Origin: Candidatus Oxydemutatoraceae bacterium
Lineage (GTDB): Bacteria > Pseudomonadota > Gammaproteobacteria > Poriferisulfidales > Oxydemutatoraceae
Direction: 5' to 3'
DNA: 64,000 bases
Assembly (NCBI GenBank): GCA_965219575.1
Contig: OZ244779.1
Location: 1,612,769-1,676,768, forward strand
Below, one piece after another: positions 24,501 through 25,062 of this stretch; positions within the stretch are counted from its first letter, which is position 1; every line of letters begins with the position of its first letter. The notes under the pieces were generated by a model that saw only the letters and a program-made list of their open reading frames with translations, did no database searches and was not told the DNA's origin. The position numbers and the translations under genes are program-made.

Positions 24501-24631
24501 GCATAATTTATGGTATCGCCTTTATAGATCGCAGACGGCGCACTAAGAGATACGGATTGCGCAGATACTTCACCGGTCGGTAGTACGGACGATAGGATGA
24601 TAACCCAAAAAAAATTATTTCGTAGTTTCAT
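1..24631 (-). CDS. Giant repetitive surface/secreted protein B, paralog of protein A (at least 8,210 aa, 3'-partial; absent from the ORF track)
   Basis: ATG at 24631-24629 after a G-rich RBS; translates MKLRNNFFWVIILSSVLPTGEVSAQSVSLSAPS... Segments I translated by hand (about 23500, 23200, 16800, 5200, 4100) read without stops. At the left edge it reads GFQLMPTYV (gene A has GFQLTPTYV) with the last full codon ending at base 2, in phase with 24631. No long stop-terminated minus ORF is listed for this region, consistent with no internal stop. Confidence 0.93.
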   Translation of the reverse strand, partial: MKLRNNFFWVIILSSVLPTGEVSAQSVSLSAPSAIYKGDTINYAITLDAVTDRNTLFTLGIKEEGNNDLVPDELEGVRTFVVPAGTTRLALSILTRNTDPGDRTVSSRVYLSIAEPRDGANYGFGETTAVSVVIVDRNCGYAVDVDADDDGLIEICDLEDLNAVRYVLDGSGYRASRTAPLFNRGCAEGAEGNDGVCRGYELTRNLDFGDAESYLAGRINREWNEGLGWQPIGTSASPFSGYFEARGFTISNLYINRPLDGIGFFAHTAPSAQINALTLLRSNIAGRSQVGGLVAVNEGIVSNVNVVRGRVIGSVGTVGGLVAVNRGTVVNNNVLLEQVAGGIFESRCRDNRATSNCEAAEQIATVIRDGNTVGGLIGDNFGIVSDNFVSTDVLGGERVGGLVGFNFGRILGGNDIRGNIYGNGYVGGLVGYTIGSIVGNNVSADVLVAGDYAGGLIGYACSSITGSRLCPSSEEIVAADSLQTFRLTDNSASGTVVAGNYIGGLVGYSDNTISDSTTNDIEVSGNTHVGGLVGFYAGERIADCSATEIGIDGNDNVGGLIGTVDETGSVVVDSFASGVVVGNTDVGGLIGMSNKSTINNGYAIVNVTGVSNVGGLVGSAENSRIENSYASGDIRGSGVGVGGLVGYLFGGGITFSYATGSVVGDNSDAPGIDNDVNDVGGLVGRADSGMIRSSYAVNPQVFGADRVGGLVGKQFDGTVELCYALSSVIGADRVGGLVGENGGEVRIAYAAGRVIGSGNDVGGLVGINSGSVLRSYWDTTEAGITTSDGGSGIADLEAAVTPGEQVSDAFYLWSRNDWNFGSTIEYPILKDADGIALAQQVARIATLAVNGGFTLIPEFDPEINNYYVVVGDNPTAISLDVAARDNDATFTVLKVGDEANPITVTGSDNDLSINLNRMPAPTELIVARNYSVKIFRSFAASVTVDSSNRQVREGQTVRFNVASNIGGIVPLSYMWRQTAPQMPLLMDGLDTGITINQPDFYLTIAGDFVASITETGRVASLSVEISDGRFGNRSIGSEQLVVAKVNNGSPVLAPLAFLDGTPVLHSPGFEAVIASDADGIAPIAEQDRLYQWQFSEADEADNWTSIDGATDATFDVGMHELGNVRYRLQIYYIDRQGYNNTLTSQTPTAIVDKDRDGLIEIYDLEALNAIRHELSGSGYRVSETASEVTGGCPDSGCFGYELMRDLDFEDNDSYRNRQVNKAWTVSDFTVLGDVGWIAIGDRSTPFTGTFEGNRNTLYNLRMNSAAAGGKGLFFDNSGVIRNLRIEGLEIAGSSSAGRRLSGLTVINRGAVVNCYVQGEITAAGTASNLIGGLVAENLGGEIINSGALMNIAFRSSDTADNTGASGILVGRISENGLIINSYTTGEITSNLFRVAGLVGHVQASRIINSYAVADIATSHTANRMGTLVGELDNTSRVVNSYAQGSIIQVNNLSAFVGGLVGVLQRDSSVRNSYATVRIESLNPSVFPYGGLIGQFIEPSTVDASHWDTIAAGLQTSTGGSGKTTTELQAGIAQYSNTDKVYFGWNLDDWDFGTDAQYPVLKHAPNPDLAGQPACDTPDTPECGTLISPELRRGLRFLTAVNGTLSPPFTGGSYSGNIQVSASVSEIRLIATAFEDNAVIDIYDANGTLLQSGLASGEPSMALTLTAGEPMRHLVIEVKRGQAVRQSIILNRVVVADIVETRECSELSDFTPIKTLEDLNDIRNRRDGSYCLLRNLDFGNDAGYEDAATNRLRWTVDFDTDTGLGWEPIGNDSNRFSGIFDGNGFVISNLQINRNANDQSLFGSITGTVRNLGLTDVKIDAGSNNYSGALAGANRGTIIGSYATGEINGGNNIGGLVGAHLRSGRIINSYAGVDVTGNTAVGGLVGLADEVPDLIINSYATGAVSAAGFAGGFVGVQRRGEIRNSYATGNVIGGTDRVIGGFVGEKQGNTVIRNSYATGSVTGINQVGGFIGNLWQNATNGLIADSYSIGSVSGTGSNIGGFLGNRFAGTDGRVQNSYWNTQTSGRSNSERGSGLNTQQMQSPTAPDATSPARYTGWSSDNWDFGTNRQYPRLKYARNPDSTGRRTCSDAGGDGLPVCGSLIAPKPSYDLNELSVFPGRFSPRLNFNGRLSDYRTHVVGVGADNTIRLIAGSQDAGARFLALRGEDNTAPVSEFGGGELSGEIMLRNGENHIVVELTPSDPSARKRRYNFRLRYRAPQIPIEISNLEDLDALRNNPNGSYRLTRNLDFEDALSYRTRAVNSDWTVDDFDADGDDGWQPIDNFTGTFDGNGFAISNLQIKVGDAGTSAVGLFGTIGVRGTVKNLILNDADVRASNSRAVWVAALVGQNRGLVLNSGVIASFVEGVGSTRGGGDHNYIGGLVGRNGSDEGENNIHYIGNSFVVDSEIRVNPAVANATHHIGGLVGRNIYAEIYNSFVQATTVAGYCHAGGLVGNQFGPLSTIKNSYADATLELLTESCRIVAGGKLIGLVNGGVIENSYATGSAPAGVDLLGFQVPPRQSSFPPLIFNDSYRDSGASADGDRDRTTMQLQMPTAAVGLYENWSDEIWDFGTASEYPRLKYSAGPFGNVCDVAGAPDCGSLISPQPPYVVSDPGPVDPDLVIEIDSLEDLYKIRNNPSARYLLIRSLDFLDNASYEDAANKAAWTVDNFNDTLDQGWQPIDNFSGSLDGNGFVISNLQINRSNINQGLFGSIDGGVVRNLGLTAVNINIEGTNIGALTGANRGTVIGSYAIGEVAGTDNVGGLVGAHLASGWIINSYAAVDVTASTSVGGLVGIAEGTTSNLIINSYATGSVSAEGLSGGLIGLFSSGEIINSYATGRVRVTDVTTNEHIGGFVGEKSDNAVITNSYATGAIAAGDASDVGGFAGLSSGANTISDSYAIGNVSAIGSAIGGLIGSGSGTARNSYWDTQTSGRATSAAGNGLTTEEMQSPTAANATSPPRYTRWSSGDWDFGTDRQYPILKYRLNPRSDGPQSCNADGSDGLPICGSLIAPQLRYGLLEDILVVDGELEPAFHGSNYGSYRGSVVSSENPIRLQPITFDLAAEIKIFEFVAGIKTQIGNTFAGGDRSAPIMLDPDGIQYLIVEINPSADGEPTVEYPLYLRYRSRNAVIEIESLEDLDNIRNRRNARYLLTRNLDFLDDDSYDDLANKTTWTVDDFDDPADTGWQSIGTDAARFGGEFDGNGFVISNLQINRSGGADHSLFGSITGTIRNLGLTAVNIEGTQFTGALVGSNRGTVIGSYAVGKVTGTDNVGGLVAAHLASGRIINSYAAVDVTGNTGVGGLVGVAGLNREAPNLIINSHATGNVSANGFCGGFIGVFNIGEIRNSYATGHVSGRSVRSVGAFVGDKVGNTVIRDSYATGSAIGIDAVGGFIGTLWQNAANGLIADSYSIGSVSGSGSNIGGFLGSRFDNTDGRVQNSYWNIQTSGRSASQRGRGLNTEQMQSPIAPDATSPPRYTGWSSDDWDFGNAEQYPTLKYAQNPDIAGARTCNAAGVGGLPVCGSLIAPQLRYGLLQDLSIVDGELLPRFAVGQSNYSGEVLSLRDTIRLQPVAFDSAAEIKIYLYDGTARRQLGDTLDSGDLGAPFRLRQGTIQYVVIEIDPSVADQPTVEYPLYLRYRPGTAIDSLEDLDAVRNSLHGNYVLTRNLDFEDDASYDGTVFRVLWTVDDYRDATDLGWTPIGDANTPFTGTFDGNGYTIANLQINNDDNAMHKGLFGVIGSVGTVRNLGLIDAEIEDYNGNRHPDNYPGVGTLAGMNDGTVIGSYAHGTVRGSRGLGGLVGRNADDGEILNSHAVCSVESSASDSISGGLVGEDKNIIGNSYAAGIVRGRDSVGGLVGRSVFTPTTATGYNSYADSFVSGNRNVGGLFGTTYSNYRNLYATGWVRGRSEVGGLAGTNNRGLYQSGYGIGRVDVGGSLIGRLSNSNASLINSYANSDLSSRPLVNSIGSGATIRNSASATTAELRAGSAQSGNMSDVYYNWSDANWDFGNNTQYPVLKYAANENGRSRACDGDGLPNCGTVIARRALSALRVSERRSRLVPPPDTRYRSYTGVVERDTPSANLIAVAADPDARITFIYLDDAYNETGRSVPMTAAADGAGGVTSREITLSESTATHVAIEVITPGSEGESGGVDRYNLSLGYRFGLFNDDGNPAITIDTLEDLDNIRNNRSGNYILTGDLDFLDDADYEDTANKAAWTVDNFYNPNDDGWQPIGTDAARFSGTFDGNGFVISNLQINRNADNQSLFGSLTGTVRNLGLIGIAIEGRAYTAALVSANRGTVIGSYATGKVTGTDNVGGLVGGHLRSGWIINSYAAVNVTGNGSVGGLVGVAEEVTPNLIINSHATGSVSGNGFCGGFVGVLRNGEIRNSYATGRVVCRTQRSVGGFVGDKTNNTFIRNSYAAGSVIGQESVGGFVGTLWQNLADGVIADSYAIGSVSGSGSNIGGFLGDTFSGTDGRVQNSYWNTQTGNQSDSRRGLGFNTEQMQSPTAPGTTPTDVYYNWSSADWDFGNTEQYPILKHASIAAITICDGNGLPNCGDLISPQIRNGLRNLELASGRLMPAFNAGSSNYSGEATLDTIALIPTAMHDGAVINIYLGSVDGTPEQSVVSGMTGMPIVLDRDGVNRIVLEITTGTTRVHYPLYINYLGDRVLADRDGNGFTEIYYLDHLNAIGTSNSTLAGNYELMRDLDFNDADSYLSGTVNSDWTVDDFDDDDDLGWDPIGDSGNRYTGRFDGNGYTIANLQINRDNGINQGLFGATGIGGVVRNLGLIGVKIQGTDVVGTLVGSNRGTIIGSYANGDISAALRVGGLAGIHSGGSIANSDAAVNVVGEQGVGGLAGTGRADIVNSHATGNVSGEQSVGGLVGVYANSEIRNSYATGRIDMIDAATNQNIGGLVGEKTNNAVIRNSYATGAITAGDASDVGGLVGNASGANTIRNSYATGNISGSGSALGGLIGTGSGTAQDSYWDSRTGGLDRSASGTGQTTIQLQAPTNQNAATGIYENWSNADWDFGSDTQYPILKYAFTDTVTVCDSNGLPNCGDLISPQIRNGLKSLELASGRLTPVFSVGSSNYSGGATTDTIALIPTAMQDGTVINIYLGTVDGTPDQSVVSGMTGMPIVLDRDGINRIVLEIVATPPLRYSLFISFQKDDVPSDRDGNGFAEIDNLDKLRFIATRPAGNYELTRHLNFNAPDSYAENRINREWTVEDFNEASDTGWLPIGEGGAPFIGQLNGNGYTISGLQINRTTDRQGLFGTVGEGGVIRDLGLLDVKVGRIDTSGAIYNHVGALIGYNAGVAIGNYAIGEIAGYANNIGGLVGTNSGSGLIANSYVIGTVNGYFNDIGGLVGDSLGTVVNSYTDVAVSTNQSNLGGLVGNCNGCSIQNSFAIGPIVNTGSNVLPPGGLVGRAQSTFDIADNYAQSNIRQALNPLGYANGGFVGVLGLNSNINLTANYSIGRTDGSFYYILSGVNMPSVIAPNYWNSDTAEGQPRPDDSRLNASGRSTRDLQSATAPGTNSTEIYHNWSEDNWDFGNNMQYPILKYAPNPVADGMRTCDGNGLPDCGDVIAPQIRNGLEDLTLTDGDELYPPFGDTHRSLNGNYSGRVVATDPRRSNPNPIRIVPTAKEDNTTINIYFGTVKGKSHPDQTVISGTTSSSITLAEGFNRIVLEIKSNPTVYYPLYIRYNESTEIHDLEGVDQTRNNSSGHYKLMRNLDFNDPTSYRSGRINRNWTVDDFNDGNDFGWQPIGNNTNRFSGTFDGNGYTISNLQINRDSGNNQGLFGVIGNSGVVRDLGLLSVKIDTDGTTGAVAGISLGEIIGSYAIGEITATGNNIGGLVGIVNPSNNAKILNSYAAIHIEALPASRANNYGGLVGFASNGMIINSRAYGSIVGNIRYAGGVVGRSLRDINAFSTEIYNSYAGVNIRADDNVGGLIGDILVNGLVVNGYATGSVHADANNSGGLVGFIFGVPAIETGTRNSYTLSSVTGSGTLGGLVAANNRVGTNTDASYWNSETAGLDTSAGGTGRTTVQLQMPTSPTGIYSNWDADDWDFGDTDEYPILKYTAEPDIFGNPACRRDRNAVSRLPVCGDLIASQIRNGLQDLRLASGILNPSFVEGSADYFGEVYRNPIRIVATAQDDNTKINIHLDFVKRDPFQTIIGGGTSNPIFLDDGINHIILEIEGKPPAYYPLYIRYQNDPMLADRDRNGFTEIYYLEHFHAIAASTSTLAGRYELMRDLDFNDPYSYLSGEINQDWVVADFATDTGWLPIGNMTTPFTGTFNGNGYAIARLQINRSGQNNQGLFGVIDSSGVVRNLGLPNFRIAAGSQIGGIAGTVRGKIVNSYATGTVSGVGDVGGIVGVAAGTGVIVNSRSGIRLSATGINAGGMLGRCNGCKILNSFAVGSVTGIGTNTDNIGGFVGSAGGASNIGNNYAWVDVSGGPFNNIINAIANGGFFGALFLDKNLLLNANYSIGPSSLPYTGSQGNLANINITGANYYNSDTVEQNLVTSPQIFQGRTMRQLRAPTEPSTTPTGVYYLWREENWDFGTAMQYPTLRYTTATDVLGRPACRNAEDTVSQRPLCGTLIAPETRYGLSALTTRYAQLIAPFDEAILDIGGAYYTTVLNDAPRVQLVATTREAGATYSVYIGGVRTPENTEIAGGNPSGEIALTADGTTEVVIAVHGTRPVRYTLYLDYRFETPIDADHDGLVDLHYLEDVAMVDFNFQQEIGYRTAREGELNTSGCPRGVCRGYELMRDLDFNDPASYREPATNRPIWTRSWEFVDLSNAVFKGNGYAISNLSVLDSPDPIALFAMVSDSDIDGLGLVNVDINSEIAVAIAASLTRSTIRNSYVIGDLSGHNVAPFATDFAESSLSNSYFIGILRSLNRFRESPSFTHGLVLADGATIGSESIKNSRAIGRIETLIESELTNTAMLGANPTRSLNIGNSYASMLMTRAGVPQGNLSNSLGVITNSYFDRNIAGVDVPASRARSGAELRATTMTGIFAAWNTDDWDFGGADQSPVIKYNAEECQLERHDNPLCGKILPYQGSLMARFELLDNAGISRPFDFATFNDYEIVVGADRQGLRFVAEAFAPNADIVVYKTTTDAEVLRVKSGVATPLIALDTVGDTLLDVVVEEGEDRTSYRYRFSVSRLNEPIDLAAIDGDNDGLIDVATPEQLNAMRHSLDGRFYRAGGTSNSDRFYCRVGCRGYELTADIDLAGIDWHPIGRDNARFDAHFKGNGYAISNLTLHDPAFDEIAMFAYLDENARLEDIHLKDVSIRSSRETGVIAALAVYNYGTIFNSRVENADILLQNGSVGALVYQNLGRIINSGAVGGTIDNQDASAGLVHTNDGAILGSFATIAIRSRGSNTAAAGLSLENNISGNIENSYAQPIISDNTGVIAGLIDTNEGIVTNSYATGGPLFRNALGDSQVLDSYWDRDTAAPGATAAGGTSETTVELQSGVAQNNSTDTVYYRWDSALWHFGNADQYPAALYQDGSAGLCTQPTVAQLRSCDTLVSARLSETDRALVCRDRLLRDRSDQPYCGALVPYQNRRGLIALELPAGVRLVPEFSPEVESYNLITNGAITVFHTTPTAYYRADTVTLIAGDSEQIIADNTRSAEIDLNRTDIDALRLAVRSATDATTRSYTINFRSTDYQDNIDIQLSALDGSRLSPNFIRDRSDYRLIVYSDTERVRLNTMVSDPLPGAVVDIVIAADNGVQPITLQDSGIAEVVLGDTATEITVTVRGGQRYRFEYRIVVERLPFASYRGILTVDADNNIVVDADRDLTLDADGDGLIEIAFLEQLDTIRHGLDGRGFSYRLGTTTTIMIDGGCPDSGCFGYELVRDLDFNSVDSYVDAQRTMPLWTDGKGWQPIGDAEHPFTAQFIADGHTISGLMIRRRNSDDVGLFGAISAAMIRGINVSAAEVIGNNDVGILVGEDRNNSEIINSRATGTVRADNNGGGLIGVYRGTIVNSDSSVSVEVDAIGGGLIGRLLRGAIGKSRASGTVSARSASGGGLVGAVENATISNSYATAMIDASEGGGLVGSLGTGVRIDNSYAIGANRSARSGGLVFNAANVPVAVNDSYWDINTSGVVDGRDGSSQTTVELQSTTTEIYTNWNVAIWDLGNNMQYPRLKYTTATDTLFIGSAPTCRVASDTSSRLPVCGKLLPGQYIGLTDLVFSSEVLELIPSFNPLIYNYRLILKAGESGFQLMPTYV
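150..24205 (-). repeat. 15 tandem GLUG beta-helix modules in gene B
   Basis: Module N-caps at about 24205, 21180, 19500, 17980, 16780, 15270, 13730, 12140, 10655, 9155, 7560, 6035, 4545, 3165 and 1285. Nearly all contain GNG[YF]xIxNL (plus strand agccgttgcc) and end with WxFG (ccgaaatccca). Confidence 0.85.
24230..24559 (-). other. N-terminal Calx-beta-like/Ig-like domain of protein B
   Basis: Translation SVSLSAPSAIYKGDTINYAITLD...TFVVPAGTTRLALSILTRNTD...YLSI...ANYGFGETTAVSVVIVD follows the Calx-beta-like pattern (xEGD start, FxxxAGxT, terminal VxIxD). Confidence 0.5.
24560..24631 (-). other. Predicted Sec signal peptide of protein B (MKLRNNFFWVIILSSVLPTGEVSA/Q)
   Basis: Basic n-region (K, R), hydrophobic FFWVIILSSVL, and V-S-A before the putative cleavage site; no lipobox Cys. 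Judged by eye. Confidence 0.7.
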
Positions 24632-24634
24632 GTA

Positions 24635-24644
24635 CCCCCCCTTT
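24635..24644 (-). promoter_or_regulatory. Putative ribosome-binding site of gene B (AAAGGGGGGG)
   Basis: Purine tract directly upstream of tacATG. Confidence 0.65.
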
Positions 24645-24657
24645 AAGCATAAAACTA

Positions 24658-24674
24658 ATAGTAATACTATAACA
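24658..24674 (-). promoter_or_regulatory. Putative extended -10 promoter (TGtTATAGT) overlapped by the palindrome ATAGTA-N-TACTAT
   Basis: Minus strand ggtgttatagtattactat gives TGn plus a 5/6 match to TATAAT about 35 bp upstream of the ATG; no -35 at canonical spacing. Confidence 0.45.
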
Positions 24675-24762
24675 CCTTCTAACCCGTAACGGATGGATGT
24701 TTGTGCCGATGTTTACCCACTAATATCGGGGCTGTTGAAAAGGTGCGGGCATTGCAAAAATC

Positions 24763-24848
24763 CAACCGCCTGCGCCGTGAATATTTACAAATCACCGTAG
24801 GGGCGGACATCATAATTGCCGATTGACCTACCGGCTCAATCGGTGGTT
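24763..24848. repeat. Intergenic structured repeat, copy 1
   Basis: Shares caaccgcYtgcgccgtgaat, ccgtaggggc, an identical 22-mer gccgattgacctaccggctcaa (24818-24839) and ggtggtt with copy 2. Contains the inverted repeat ccgattga-N9-tcaatcgg. Confidence 0.9.
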
Positions 24849-24850
24849 AT

Positions 24851-24885
24851 CGCATTTTGTAATGTATGCGTTACTTACTTGTCAA
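24851..24885 (-). promoter_or_regulatory. Possible distal promoter: perfect TTGACA (24885-24880), weak -10, palindrome CGCAT-N10-ATGCG
   Basis: Minus strand ttgacaagtaagtaacgcatacattacaaaatgcg. The best -10 at 18-bp spacing is only TACAAA. Confidence 0.3.
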
Positions 24886-24919
24886 GGGTCTGCACAACGT
24901 CACGCCACTTGCCCAACTG

Positions 24920-25008
24920 CAACCGCTTGCGCCGTGAATTTATAATAACCACCAAGCCGTAGGGGCAGTATAAAGCCGCCGATTGACCTACCGGCTCAAG
25001 TGGTGGTT
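24920..25008. repeat. Intergenic structured repeat, copy 2 (directly abuts the gene A stop codon)
   Basis: Identical 22-mer at 24978-24999; offset 157-160 bp from copy 1. Confidence 0.9.
24947..25008 (-). terminator. Long hairpin immediately 3' of gene A; possible terminator or mRNA-stabilising stem
   Basis: Nested inverted repeats aaccacca/tggtggtt, agccg/cggct and tagg/ccta. On the minus strand it is followed by AT-rich attataaatt but no clear U-run, so intrinsic termination is uncertain. Confidence 0.4.
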
Positions 25009-25062
25009 CTATTGGAGAGGACCCTCCAAAAAGACTTTGGCACGAATGCGTATCGCACCTCT
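25009..25062 (-). other. Non-repeat C-terminal tail RGAIRIRAKVFLEGPLQ*
   Basis: Read directly from the sequence; basic and hydrophobic, unlike the acidic Thr-rich stalk before it. Confidence 0.85.

Noticed and set aside
24763-25008. CRISPR array or integron attC site
   Set aside because: Only two copies with no repeat-spacer periodicity and no cas genes. The hairpin has AAC...GTT ends but lacks RYYYAAC/GTTRRRY boxes and the unpaired spacer, and there is no integrase.
24763-25008. Known tandem riboswitch (c-di-GMP-I/II, glycine)
   Set aside because: I could not find the diagnostic conserved motifs on either strand; an Rfam scan is needed to exclude it formally.
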